A stretch of DNA of 62,843 nt from an uncultured Gammaproteobacteria bacterium (GCA_964625535.1 CAZVEX010000006.1:1-62843), one strand, 5' to 3'; counted from the first letter of the stretch, positions 1 through 12,000 are shown. Made by a program: numbers and translations. Notes: generated by a model from the letters alone, not told the origin.

Positions 1-20
1 CTTTGTGTTAAAACTCCATT

Positions 21-620
21 GTGTTAGCCAAACTTTTACTTTCACCTGATATAGAGAAAATTAGGGAAGCAATTCAGGAAATTAAAAAAAAGCATCCTGA
101 TGTATTATACTTCGAACAAGGTGAGAAGTTGGGGATTGCCGAAGCCAGAAAAATAAAAGATCATTTTTCCTTAAAACCTTATTCTGCCAAAGGCAGAACT
201 GTAATTATAGAAGATGCTTCGGTGATGACACATGAGGCCCAAAATGCCCTGCTAAAAACTCTGGAAGAACCGCCGGAAGAAGCAGTGTTAATTTTGGCAG
301 CTCCTTCAGATGCTAATCTTTTACCCACTATTTTATCCAGATGCGAGATCGTTCGACTACCGACTACCGACTACCGACTACCGACTAATACAGATATTGA
401 AAAATTACTTAATTATTCTATAGAAGAAAAATTTGAATACATAGAAAAATTAAAAGATAGAAAAGAGTTTCTATCATCTTTAATTAGTTATTTCCGCCAG
501 AAATTACCTGCCAATTTAGAGTTTACCAAAGAACTTCTGCAAGCAGAGCAGTGGTCCAAACAAAATGTAAATATTAGAGGAATTTTGGAATACCTGCTCC
601 TCAAAATGCCAAAAACTTGA
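21..620 (+). CDS. holB: DNA polymerase III delta-prime subunit-like protein (short CPR form)
   Basis: Clamp-loader AAA+ motifs VIIEDA..MTHEAQNALLKTLEEPP and LLPTILSRC; GTG start. Confidence 0.8.
   Translation: MLAKLLLSPDIEKIREAIQEIKKKHPDVLYFEQGEKLGIAEARKIKDHFSLKPYSAKGRTVIIEDASVMTHEAQNALLKTLEEPPEEAVLILAAPSDANLLPTILSRCEIVRLPTTDYRLPTNTDIEKLLNYSIEEKFEYIEKLKDRKEFLSSLISYFRQKLPANLEFTKELLQAEQWSKQNVNIRGILEYLLLKMPKT
354..387 (+). repeat. 7-bp tandem array (CGACTAC) x~5 inside holB
   Basis: Four perfect CGACTAC units plus CGACTA; encodes RLPTTDYRLPT. Confidence 0.95.
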
Positions 621-645
621 CTTTAATACACTCTTCTGCTACTAT
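617..645 (+). promoter_or_regulatory. sigma70-type promoter for a leaderless mRNA
   Basis: TTGACT-N17-TACTAT with extended TG, 6 nt before the ATG at 652. Confidence 0.7.
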
Positions 646-651
646 GGGATA

Positions 652-1401
652 ATGGTAAAACCAGAGTTTTTGGTTCAACATATACATGTCGACACGCAAG
701 GAATTGATCTCCTAAACTGGCTTGAAAATTCACATTGGAGTTTAAGAGGTAAATTATCATTAGTTCAGGTTAAATTTGCTGAAGGAACTCTGACAAGAGA
801 ACATCTGGGAGAGTTGGCAAATCGGGCATTTGACATCCGTCCTTTGAAAGCAGAGGAAATTTCTGAAAATTTCCAGATCCTCGCTGACGGCGATTTTGCT
901 TTTGCCACTGAATTCGGATTTACCTTAATTCCTCATTTTGCTTCTCTCCATCAAACTGCTGATGGGGCAATAGAAGCATGGATAAGCCCGGTTTTGCTTC
1001 CCCAAAATCATCCTCTTGCAGATAGTGCTAGTAACGGGGTAGCATTATTTACCGACTCCAATCCTACACACCGTTTTATTACAGAGAGAGTACGAGAGTT
1101 TGATGAACTTACACTTGGCCGTTATATTCGCTTGACTGTAGATGATCAACCCCTGGTTTTAGCCAGTGCTCTTGCTGCATTTCCAGAAGAAGGAATTAAT
1201 ATTCACGAGGTTAAACAACCCGAACCGGAAAAAGGCGTCCCAACAGCACAACTGGCAATTCTTTTAAATCCTTGCTCCGGATTAAGCTTTGGAAGGGCTT
1301 TGAATGCCATCCGCGCCCTACCTTCTTGTAGAGCTATCAATACAGTCTTACCAGTTATTGATTTAGGGCGATGGGGCATGCTCCAAAATGAAAAAGCTTG
1401 A
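652..1401 (+). CDS. Degenerate homoserine dehydrogenase C-terminal region plus ACT domain
   Basis: FATEFGFTL..IEAWISPVLLPQNHPLA resembles the Hom C-terminal domain; GRYIRLTVDDQPLVLA..GINIHEVKQ resembles the Hom ACT domain; no Rossmann GxGxxG. Confidence 0.55.
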   Translation: MVKPEFLVQHIHVDTQGIDLLNWLENSHWSLRGKLSLVQVKFAEGTLTREHLGELANRAFDIRPLKAEEISENFQILADGDFAFATEFGFTLIPHFASLHQTADGAIEAWISPVLLPQNHPLADSASNGVALFTDSNPTHRFITERVREFDELTLGRYIRLTVDDQPLVLASALAAFPEEGINIHEVKQPEPEKGVPTAQLAILLNPCSGLSFGRALNAIRALPSCRAINTVLPVIDLGRWGMLQNEKA

Positions 1402-1460
1402 CACTTCGGATGTGTAAAGTGAAGTTAATTGGCCTTTTCTTAAGCTTCCATATATGTTAA

Positions 1461-3452
<1,992 letters not shown>

Positions 3453-3470
3453 ATCTGATACAATCAGAAC

Positions 3471-3857
3471 ATGACTCAAGTAACTATCAAATCATTTACT
3501 GATTTGAACGTCTGGAAAGAAAGCCATAAGCTTGTCTTAATGATCTACAAAATCACAAACAGTTTCCCTTCAAAAGAAACATACTCTTTAATCGATCAGA
3601 TGAGAAGAGCTGTAGCATCTATCACTGCCAATATAGCTGAAGGATTTGGGAGACAAACTTATAGAGAAAAAGCACAGTTTTACTATTTGGCACAAGGATC
3701 ATTATTAGAATTGAAAAATTTCATATTAATAGCGAAAGATGTAGGTTATTTAAAAAGTGCCGACTTCAATCAATTAGCAGATCAGGCTAATATTTCTCAT
3801 AAACTGCTGCAAGGGTTTATTCAGAAAACTAAAACATTCATAAATCATAAATCTTAA
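3471..3857 (+). CDS. Four helix bundle protein (23S rRNA intervening-sequence protein family)
   Basis: SFTDLNVWKESHKL, FP.KETYSLIDQMRRAVASITANIAEGFGR, A.GSL.EL; 128 aa. Confidence 0.9.
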   Translation: MTQVTIKSFTDLNVWKESHKLVLMIYKITNSFPSKETYSLIDQMRRAVASITANIAEGFGRQTYREKAQFYYLAQGSLLELKNFILIAKDVGYLKSADFNQLADQANISHKLLQGFIQKTKTFINHKS

Positions 3858-3870
3858 ATCATAAATCAAT
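3838..3870 (+). repeat. 7-bp array (TCATAAA) x~5 downstream of the four-helix-bundle gene
   Basis: TCATAAA TCATAAA TCTTAAA TCATAAA TCAAT; reverse complement of TTTATGA. Confidence 0.9.
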
Positions 3871-3871
3871 T

Positions 3872-5080
3872 ATGTTAAAAGTTCATTTTTTGGGAATAGG
3901 CGGGAGTGGGGCATCGGCGGCGGCGGCTATTGCGAAGTCTCAAGGATACCAAATAACAGGTTGTGATCTGCAACCCCGCAATGAATTCACCACTCCTTTC
4001 AAAGATTCCCAGCTTTTCCAAGGCCACAATCCCGAACATTTAGAAAATATAGATATTCTGGCTGTTACTCCGGCTATTTTCTCTCTTGATCCGGAAAATC
4101 CGGAACTTGCAGAAGCCAGAAAAAGAGGCATCCCTATTATGACCTGGCAGAAGTTTTTGGGAAAGTATTTAGCCAAAGACAAATTTGTGATTGCCATAGC
4201 CGGCACTCATGGTAAAACCACCACCACTGCCATGATTGCCAAAATCCTGGAAGATGCAAACCTTGATCCGACTGTTTTGCTTGGGGCAATAGTACCCTGG
4301 TGGGGAACAAACTATAGATTAGGAAAGGGCAAAGCTGTTGTTATTGAAGCAGATGAGTACAATGATAATTTTTTAAACTTTAGGCCGGATATTGCAGTTG
4401 TCACCAATATTGAAATGGATCATCCGGAATATTTTAAGAACTTTGCAGCAGTCAAGAAAAGTTTTGATCAATTTAAAAGGCAATCAAAAAAAATCATTGA
4501 TCAACCAAATCCCAAACTGATTGATTTTCCGCTTCAAATACCCGGGGATTTTAATATTTTAAATGCCTCGCTGGCTTATCAAGTAGGTCTTTTTTTGCAA
4601 GTTGATCCAAAGATTATTCAAAAAAGCTTGAAAAATTATCAGGGTGTGGGCAGAAGATTTGAATTATTGGGAGAGTTTAAAGGGGCTAAAATTTATTCTG
4701 ATTTTGGACATCATCCTACGGAAATAAAAGTTACCATGGAGGCAGCCAGACAAAAATTTCCGGGGCAGCGCATTTTGTTAATTTATGAACCCCACATGTT
4801 TACCAGAACTTATAAATTATTTGGTGATTTTGTCAAAGTCTTCAAAGAAATTCCAATAGATAAAATCATTATTACTGATATTTATCAAAGCAGGGAAGCT
4901 GATAAAGGATTAGTTAATTCAAAACAATTAGTTAATGCAACAGAAAAAGAAAATACTACTTATGTTTCCAAAAAAAACTTGTTAGAAAAGTTAAAAAATG
5001 AATTAGGAAAAAATGATGTAGTCTTCTTCATGGGAGCAGGGGATATAGATCAACTGGCCAGGACTAATTTCTTAAATTGA
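3872..5080 (+). CDS. murC: UDP-N-acetylmuramate--L-alanine ligase
   Basis: HFLGIGGSG, AGTHGKTTT, IEADEY, NIEMDH, DFGHHPTEI. Confidence 0.88.
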   Translation: MLKVHFLGIGGSGASAAAAIAKSQGYQITGCDLQPRNEFTTPFKDSQLFQGHNPEHLENIDILAVTPAIFSLDPENPELAEARKRGIPIMTWQKFLGKYLAKDKFVIAIAGTHGKTTTTAMIAKILEDANLDPTVLLGAIVPWWGTNYRLGKGKAVVIEADEYNDNFLNFRPDIAVVTNIEMDHPEYFKNFAAVKKSFDQFKRQSKKIIDQPNPKLIDFPLQIPGDFNILNASLAYQVGLFLQVDPKIIQKSLKNYQGVGRRFELLGEFKGAKIYSDFGHHPTEIKVTMEAARQKFPGQRILLIYEPHMFTRTYKLFGDFVKVFKEIPIDKIIITDIYQSREADKGLVNSKQLVNATEKENTTYVSKKNLLEKLKNELGKNDVVFFMGAGDIDQLARTNFLN

Positions 5081-7317
5081 TTACCTCTATCTTCATAATC
5101 TTTGAATAAATTAAAACTGGCTGAAGCAGGAGACATTAAACAAATTTTTCCTTTGTCTGTATTTTTAAAAGCTAATTTTACTGCTACTTCCATTGAGTGT
5201 GCATTAAAAAATTTAATATCCTTTTTTACCGACTTCCTTATTTTTTCTCCTGTATCCGGAAACAGAATTAATGTTTTTATTTTTGACTTTGCAATTGCCG
5301 GTCCTAAAACCGAATAGTCCACCCCACGATCAAATCCTCCTGCTATTAAAGTTTGTACATCTTCCCCCAAAATCTTTAGACCATAAATAGTGGCATGGGG
5401 ATTAGTAGCCAGCGAGTCATTGTAGAATTTTATACCCTTAACTTCTCCAACATATTCCAATCTGTGAGGAAGGGGTTTGAAATTATCAATGGCTTTATTA
5501 ATTTTTTCTTCCGGAATTTTAAATAATCTTCCTATTGCTCTTGCAGCCTCAACAGAACTTTTGTTTTGAATAAGAAAATCTTTTTCAGTTTGATATTTAT
5601 AGATATTTACCTTGGCATTTTTATAATTTTCAAAACTGCCATGGTAGTCTAAGTGATCCGGGTAAAGATTTGTGATAACAGCCATATGAGGACTGGAGTT
5701 TAAATCATTAAGCTGAAAAGAAGACATTTCATAAACAATAATAGAATTTGCATTAATTTTTTCCAATAAATCAAGCGAGGGTTTACCAATGTTTCCAGTC
5801 AGATAAACATCCAATCTTCCTTTCTTTAAAACTTCATAAATCATCGCAGCTGTGGTACTCTTGCCCTTAGTGCCTGTTACCCCAATTATTTTTCCTTGGC
5901 AAATATCAAAGAAAATTTGGGTGGCAGAAGTAATTATTTTCCCTTTCTGCTTTGCTATTTTAATTTCCGGGAGATAGGGGATACCGGGAGATTTAATGAT
6001 GATATCAAAATTATTTATTTTATCCAAGTAACTTTCTCCATCTTTTGCATCGGCAGTTGCAAAATCTATATTATTTTTTTTCAAAAAATCCCGGGTTACT
6101 TGCCCTTCTCTGCCCATTCCCAAAATTAATATAGATATCTGATCTTTGTATCTTTCTAGAAGTTTTTTCCTTTTACCTTGTAAAATACCGAGCACCATTG
6201 CATATTCAATTTCCTCCTTTGTCCCCACACATTCAAAGGGTTTAAATTTTCCCGGCAGTTGTAAAAGTTCTTCCATCAAAGGAGCAAGTCTTTCATCATC
6301 CAGCAAATCCTTACCAAAAATTTCTTTAATTTTATCCCCCAAAAACGGATAAAGCATTAAATAGGTAAATAAACACTTTGAACACACTCCACACCAAACT
6401 CCTGACTTTGAACCTCTATTGCAGCTTCTAAAAAATTTGTGATATTTTTCCATCCGGGAAAACACTCTGGAAATTTGCAGTTCATTTAAACTTCTTAAAA
6501 AACTAAAATAATTTGTATTATTAGCCAAATATTTTTTGGCATATTCCTTAAAATCTTTTTCAAATTCAAAGCTTTTGGAATATTGATGATTTATTATCTG
6601 CCCATGATATTCCACATTACCTTCATCAGAAGAGGCCTCATTAGAAACAACAATATTTTTATAATCATATAAAACTGCAGCTAGGGTAGATAAAAAAGCC
6701 AAATATGCTGAAAATGGAGTATGACCATTTAAGTAACCTTTTTTGTTTAATTCCAAAAGTTTAGGGTCTATTATTCTTTTGATAATTATGCCGTCTTTGG
6801 CAATTTTTTTGGAAGCTTCAGTGGGATTTAACATTAAGGGGGTACCCTTTAAGGTTTCCAAGGTTACAATCGAATCTTTACCACCGCTAACTAAAATTAA
6901 ATCTCTGTTTTTTAACTGACCATTAAATGGGGGATATTGAATGTCGGAATCAATCACAAATTTCACTAAATTATTTTTGGTAAAATCAATTTTATTTTTG
7001 TAAAAAAATTCTCCCAGACCTTTTATTAAAAGATCTTTCCAAAACTTAATCTGCTCTTTGTCCAAATATCCTGCCTTAATAACAATTTCAGGTGAGCAGG
7101 TGGCTTTCCAATAACTTAACAGTTCCACCATCCCCAGATTGAAAATTAAGTTATGTGGAATAAACTTGGTCGCAGGAAAAATAATTTCCGGTTTAAATTT
7201 AATATCAGGACTTATTGAAAAATCAAAAGTGATCTTAAGATTTTCTCCATCTTTGGATATATCAAATCCCTCATAAATAAATTGAGGGTGTTTAGCCCTA
7301 AGCTCCTTAAAATTCAT
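5050..7317 (-). CDS. murL-murD: Fused MurL (UDP-MurNAc-L-Ala-L-Glu epimerase) and MurD/MurD2 ligase
   Basis: N-half: SGGKDS, NGHTPFSA, SNE.S..EGN, INHQYSKS, SCN..WCG.C.KC. C-half: ILGMGREG, SPGIP, GVTGTKGKSTT, EMSSFQL, DHLDYH, NDSLATN, SPASASF. ATG at 7317 preferred over TTG at 7326. Confidence 0.85.
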   Translation of the reverse strand: MNFKELRAKHPQFIYEGFDISKDGENLKITFDFSISPDIKFKPEIIFPATKFIPHNLIFNLGMVELLSYWKATCSPEIVIKAGYLDKEQIKFWKDLLIKGLGEFFYKNKIDFTKNNLVKFVIDSDIQYPPFNGQLKNRDLILVSGGKDSIVTLETLKGTPLMLNPTEASKKIAKDGIIIKRIIDPKLLELNKKGYLNGHTPFSAYLAFLSTLAAVLYDYKNIVVSNEASSDEGNVEYHGQIINHQYSKSFEFEKDFKEYAKKYLANNTNYFSFLRSLNELQISRVFSRMEKYHKFFRSCNRGSKSGVWCGVCSKCLFTYLMLYPFLGDKIKEIFGKDLLDDERLAPLMEELLQLPGKFKPFECVGTKEEIEYAMVLGILQGKRKKLLERYKDQISILILGMGREGQVTRDFLKKNNIDFATADAKDGESYLDKINNFDIIIKSPGIPYLPEIKIAKQKGKIITSATQIFFDICQGKIIGVTGTKGKSTTAAMIYEVLKKGRLDVYLTGNIGKPSLDLLEKINANSIIVYEMSSFQLNDLNSSPHMAVITNLYPDHLDYHGSFENYKNAKVNIYKYQTEKDFLIQNKSSVEAARAIGRLFKIPEEKINKAIDNFKPLPHRLEYVGEVKGIKFYNDSLATNPHATIYGLKILGEDVQTLIAGGFDRGVDYSVLGPAIAKSKIKTLILFPDTGEKIRKSVKKDIKFFNAHSMEVAVKLAFKNTDKGKICLMSPASASFNLFKDYEDRGNQFKKLVLAS

Positions 7318-7389
7318 ATTGGTCAATTATATAGATTAGAGATTGGTATATCAAACCAAATCACGGTATAATTTGTTCTCTGCCTAAAA

Positions 7390-8625
7390 ATGATCAGCAA
7401 AATTAAGAAAATATTATATTTCCCGCTGGCCCATTATTTTCGGTTTTTTGCCCAAATCCAGCTTGCGATTTGGCATCCTAAAATTATAGTCATCACTGGG
7501 TCAAGCGCCAAAACTACTCTTTTGCATATGCTGGAATCTCAAATTGGCAAGGGAGCAAAGTATTCTCATCAGGCCAACTCCAGCTTTGGCATCCCTTTTG
7601 ATATTTTGGACTTAAAAAGAAAAACTTTAAAACTGTTGGAGTGGCCGGCTCTTTTTTTGCTGGCACCTGTTAGAGCTTTTCAAAAACTCCATAGCCAAAA
7701 CTTATATATTGTGGAGGCGGATTGCGACAGACCACATGAGGGCAAATTTTTGGCCACTCTTTTACACCCGGAGTTTAGTTGCTGGCTGGTTTCCTCCAGG
7801 AGCCATAGCATTAATTTTCCCGAACCTGTTGATGAAAATATTGCCCATGAGTTTGGCTATTTCCTGGAATGGACATCCAAAAGAGTGATCGTCAATGGCG
7901 ACTCGCCACTGATTAAAAGGGAACTCCAGCGAACTACAGCCGAAATTGAGACAATTTCCCAAAAGGATTTACAAAGCTATCAGGTCACTGAAGATCAATC
8001 AATTTTTAAAATTAAAGGTAAGGGGTACACATTTAATTTTTTACTTCCCCAAGAATCCTTTTATCAAATTCAATCTGTCATCAAAATTCTGGACTATTTA
8101 AATATTCCCCTAGATCCGCTTTTTAAAAATTTCACTCTTCCTCCTAGCCGCAGTTCGTTACTTAAAGGGATTAAAAATACCCTTATTTTAGATAGCAGCT
8201 ACAATGCGGATTTAAATGCTACCGTGGTGATGCTTAATATGTTTAAAAAAGTGCCAGCTTTGCACAAATGGGTGATTTTGGGGGATTTAGTAGAGCAGGG
8301 TAAAAAAGAACAGGAAGAACACCAAAGGCTTGTACCCGCAGTACTCACTGCTAATCCTGAAAAAGTAATTTTGGTGGGACCCCGCCTTAAAAAATATACA
8401 TACCCCCTCTTAAAAGGTAAAATAGAGGTGGAAAATTTTATCACCCCCCTGGAGGCCCTAAATTATATCAAGGCTAGTATCAGGGGAGAGGAGATGATCT
8501 TTTTCAAAGGGGCGAGATTCCTGGAAGGTATCATTGAACATCTGCTAAAAAATAAAGCCGATGCGGCTAAACTTTGCAGAAGGGAAAAAGTTTGGCAGGA
8601 GCGAAGAAAAAGATGGGGACTGTAA
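7390..8625 (+). CDS. murF: UDP-N-acetylmuramoyl-tripeptide--D-Ala-D-Ala ligase
   Basis: ITGSSAKTT, ILDSSYNA, VILGDLVEQG, FFKGAR. Confidence 0.8.
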   Translation: MISKIKKILYFPLAHYFRFFAQIQLAIWHPKIIVITGSSAKTTLLHMLESQIGKGAKYSHQANSSFGIPFDILDLKRKTLKLLEWPALFLLAPVRAFQKLHSQNLYIVEADCDRPHEGKFLATLLHPEFSCWLVSSRSHSINFPEPVDENIAHEFGYFLEWTSKRVIVNGDSPLIKRELQRTTAEIETISQKDLQSYQVTEDQSIFKIKGKGYTFNFLLPQESFYQIQSVIKILDYLNIPLDPLFKNFTLPPSRSSLLKGIKNTLILDSSYNADLNATVVMLNMFKKVPALHKWVILGDLVEQGKKEQEEHQRLVPAVLTANPEKVILVGPRLKKYTYPLLKGKIEVENFITPLEALNYIKASIRGEEMIFFKGARFLEGIIEHLLKNKADAAKLCRREKVWQERRKRWGL

Positions 8626-9305
8626 AAAAGGTTTACATACTGCATGGTTGGACCACTTCTTTGGATCAATGGGAGAAGTTTTTGCACCTGTTGCCAAAGG
8701 TCAAACTTGAACCCCTCATGCTGAAAATCCCGGGACTGACGGAAAAAAGTAACAAATCCTGGGATCTGGAAAGTTATGTGGAATGGTTAAAGAAAAAACT
8801 TAGCGGCGAAAAAGAGCTAATTTTAATCGGTCATTCCAGCGGAGGCAGAATGGCTTTAACCTTTGCTGCCAAATATCCCGGGAGGATTAAACAGTTGATC
8901 CTGATAGACAGCGCCGGCATTTATCATAATGAGTTATCGACTCGCTTCAAGCGATTTGTATTTAAAAATCTGGCCAAACTCGGCAAGAAAATTACCAAAT
9001 CCGAAACTCTCAAAAATCTTTTATACAAACTGGCCAGAGAAAAAGATTATCATGAGGCTACAGCCTTGCAGCGCCGGATCATGATCAATCTGATCTCTGA
9101 AGATTTAACTCCAATCTTGGAAAAAATTACTGCACCAACTCTTTTAATCTGGGGAGAGTTTGATAAAACCACACCTTTAAGCGATGGCAAGCTGATGCAT
9201 CAAAAAATTAAAAATTCTAAGCTTTATGTGATCAAAGGTGCCAGACACTCACCCCAGTTTACCCATCCAAACGAGGTAGTAAAGGAAATTTATGAGTATC
9301 TTTAA
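8613..9305 (+). CDS. Alpha/beta hydrolase
   Basis: ILHGW, nucleophile elbow GHSSGG, LIWGEFD, ARHSP; start moved to the ATG at 8613. Confidence 0.85.
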   Translation: MGTVKKVYILHGWTTSLDQWEKFLHLLPKVKLEPLMLKIPGLTEKSNKSWDLESYVEWLKKKLSGEKELILIGHSSGGRMALTFAAKYPGRIKQLILIDSAGIYHNELSTRFKRFVFKNLAKLGKKITKSETLKNLLYKLAREKDYHEATALQRRIMINLISEDLTPILEKITAPTLLIWGEFDKTTPLSDGKLMHQKIKNSKLYVIKGARHSPQFTHPNEVVKEIYEYL

Positions 9306-10455
9306 TTCACTTGGCTCAAACTATGATTTTAAATTTGTACTTCAAGCCTTTTTTGCAGGAGGGAAGCCAGATCTGGCAAAATTCTTGGAGGAAAAATACG
9401 GGGGGAAGGTGACCTTGGTTTATAAAGGCAGGGAAGCCATAGAACTGGCTTTGAAAATTTTGCAACTGCCAAAAGGTTCATATGTGGGTATTTGCGGCTT
9501 CACTTGTTTCGCAGTCTATGAGGCCATCAAAAAAGCGAGCCTAAATGTTGAATATCTGGATATTGAAAAAGGTGAGTTAAATTTTTCTCCCGAAATTTTA
9601 CAAAAAAAATTAAATGAAAATCCAAAGTTAAATGCTGTGATAATCCAAAATACCTTGGGGTATCCTTGTCCAATTGAAGAAATCTCCAAAATTTGCCAAG
9701 AAAACAAAATTGCCTTAATTGAAGATTTGGCTCATAGTGTCGGCTCTGTTTATGAAAATGGGAAGGAAGCAGGAAGCATGGGAGATTTTGTGGCATTATC
9801 TTTTAGTCAGGATAAAATGATAGATGCAGTATCAGGTGGAGCACTGGTAACAAATATTCCTTCGGACGTTCACCTCGAAAAAATCCCCATAAAAAAACAG
9901 ATTATAGATAGGCTCTATCCATTTTTCAGCTATATAATAAGAAAAAGTTATCCTTTTGGTCTGGGAAAAATCTTGCATTTTGTTTTTCGTAACTTAAAAC
10001 TTTTATCAGGACCAATGGATGGGGGAGAAGGTATCCGCGAGCTTCCTGCCTGGTACGGGCACTTAATAGCATCGCAATTTAAAAACTTAAATGACAATTT
10101 AAAACATAGAAAAATAATTGCCTCGGTGTTCTCGAAAACAATTAACCCTAAAGTTTTATCCCCTAAAATTGTTAACAAAATTTACCTTTCTTCTAACCTG
10201 CGTTTTCCCATCTTTGTTAATAATCGAGCAAACCTGATAAAATTTCTGGCTGAAAAAGGAATTTTTGTTTCCGATATCTGGTATGATGCTCCGATATCCC
10301 CCAAAAAGTATCTGACTCAAACGGATTATGCCAGTCAATGTCCCAATAGCGAACTGGCAGCCGGGGAAATTGTCAATTTGCCAACTCATATTAATATTGA
10401 TGAAAAAGGAGCGCTTAAAATTGCCCAAGCGATCAATCAATGGTTAACCCAATAG
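9292..10455 (+). CDS. DegT/DnrJ/EryC1/StrS PLP-dependent aminotransferase
   Basis: LIEDLAHSVG, SFSQDKMID (PLP Lys), VNLPTH. Confidence 0.85.
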   Translation: MSIFNSLGSNYDFKFVLQAFFAGGKPDLAKFLEEKYGGKVTLVYKGREAIELALKILQLPKGSYVGICGFTCFAVYEAIKKASLNVEYLDIEKGELNFSPEILQKKLNENPKLNAVIIQNTLGYPCPIEEISKICQENKIALIEDLAHSVGSVYENGKEAGSMGDFVALSFSQDKMIDAVSGGALVTNIPSDVHLEKIPIKKQIIDRLYPFFSYIIRKSYPFGLGKILHFVFRNLKLLSGPMDGGEGIRELPAWYGHLIASQFKNLNDNLKHRKIIASVFSKTINPKVLSPKIVNKIYLSSNLRFPIFVNNRANLIKFLAEKGIFVSDIWYDAPISPKKYLTQTDYASQCPNSELAAGEIVNLPTHINIDEKGALKIAQAINQWLTQ

Positions 10456-11465
10456 TAAAAGAGATCAATCAAAAAGATACCTGGGAAAAATTTGTTCTAT
10501 CCTTTGATGGAGCTAATTTTTTGCAATCCTACAATTGGGGAGAGTTTCACCAAAGATTGGGAAAGTTTATCAAAAGACTGGGATTTTATGATAGAGGGAA
10601 ACTGCTGGGAGTGATGCTTTCTATTAAAGAAGATGCCAAAAGAGCCACATATCTCACTATACCAGGAGGGCCGTTAATAGATTTCAGCAATGAAGCGTTG
10701 GTGAAACTGTTTAAAAAAACCTTGCTGGATTCGGCCAAAGAACAAAATTGCAGTTTTATCCGCATCAGACCTCAATTGTTGGAAAATGAGGAAAATGCTT
10801 TGATTTTCGGCAAGTTAGGATTTAAGAATGCTCCCATGCATTTACATGCAGAGCTAACCCGGCAGCTGGATTTAACCAAAACAGAAGAAGAGCTTTTATC
10901 GGAAATGAGAAAAACTACCAGATACGAAATCAAGCAAGCCATCAAATCAGGCATCAAAATTACAGTCAGTAAAAACATAGAAGATATCGATGATTTTTAT
11001 AAATTACAGAAAGAAACAGCCAAAAGACAGGGCTTTGTGGAATTTGATAAAAAATTCTTAAAAGAACAATTCAAAGTTTTTGCCCAAGATAGGAAGGTTT
11101 TGCTATTTACTGCCTATTTGGGTACTAAAATGCTGGCTCAAGCTTTTATCATTTTTTATGGGCAAGAGGCAGATTATCACTATGGAGCATCTACGCCGGA
11201 TGGTAGAATTTATCCCGGGGCATATTTAATTCAGTGGGGAGCCATCAAGGAAGCAAAAAAGCGGGGGATGAAAAGATACAACCTGTGGGGAGTGGCACCG
11301 GAGGATCAAAAAAATCATCGATTTTATGGAGTGTCGGTTTTTAAAAGGGGGTTTGGAGGGGAAGATGTCCAGTACATGCATGCCAGAGATTTGGTCATTG
11401 ATCCGCTCAAATACAAATTAAACTGGCTGGTGGAAACTGTTAGAAGAAAAGTAAGACATGTCTAA
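10440..11465 (+). CDS. FemAB/FemX-family tRNA-dependent aminoacyl transferase
   Basis: FLQSYNWGEF, PGGPLIDF, MRKTTRYEIK, YHYGAS, RYNLWGV, FKRGFGG. Confidence 0.88.
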   Translation: MVNPIVKEINQKDTWEKFVLSFDGANFLQSYNWGEFHQRLGKFIKRLGFYDRGKLLGVMLSIKEDAKRATYLTIPGGPLIDFSNEALVKLFKKTLLDSAKEQNCSFIRIRPQLLENEENALIFGKLGFKNAPMHLHAELTRQLDLTKTEEELLSEMRKTTRYEIKQAIKSGIKITVSKNIEDIDDFYKLQKETAKRQGFVEFDKKFLKEQFKVFAQDRKVLLFTAYLGTKMLAQAFIIFYGQEADYHYGASTPDGRIYPGAYLIQWGAIKEAKKRGMKRYNLWGVAPEDQKNHRFYGVSVFKRGFGGEDVQYMHARDLVIDPLKYKLNWLVETVRRKVRHV

Positions 11466-11472
11466 AATATTT

Positions 11473-12000
11473 TTAAAACACCAGCTTAACAATTGTCTGT
11501 GGTAAATATTTCTTCCCCCATATTTGCACTAATTCATATCCTCCAAATAAAGATACTGTCCATACCAAATCACCCAGCAAAGTATTTCTGAAAAAAGGGA
11601 TTGCCAAAGTATAACTTTGCATGAGCCCGGCAAATGTGTACGGATACCAATTATTAGGAGGAGCCCAAACTCCAAAGTTGGTAATCAGGAAAAACAACAC
11701 AGAAGAGGAAAGTGCCGAACTTATTACCAAAATAGGCTTTTTGTTATTCTTAAGCCACAATCCAATCAAACCAACCAGACCAAAGCTCCCATAAACATAT
11801 AGCATATCTATTCCATAAAAGCCAATAAAAAAATCAGAGATCAAAAGTGCCAAAAGAGGCAAAAAAGCAAATTTTTTGGGAAGATATGCTCCTCCAAAAA
11901 GAGCCAGGGCAGTAATGGGAGAAAAATTGGGCGGATGAGGCAACAACCTGGAAAATACTCCCAGTAAAACAATAGTTACGGCAGCCAGTTTTAAATTCAT
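11473..12000 (-). CDS. DUF6580-like putative membrane transport protein
   Basis: RLLPHPPNFSPITALALFGG, FFLITNFGVW, AIPFFRNTLLGD; multiple transmembrane segments. Confidence 0.75.
   Translation of the reverse strand: MNLKLAAVTIVLLGVFSRLLPHPPNFSPITALALFGGAYLPKKFAFLPLLALLISDFFIGFYGIDMLYVYGSFGLVGLIGLWLKNNKKPILVISSALSSSVLFFLITNFGVWAPPNNWYPYTFAGLMQSYTLAIPFFRNTLLGDLVWTVSLFGGYELVQIWGKKYLPQTIVKLVF

Noticed and set aside
3471-3857. Diversity-generating retroelement, suggested by the Avd-like four-helix bundle
   Set aside because: No reverse transcriptase and no template/variable repeat pair with adenine-specific mismatches in the window.
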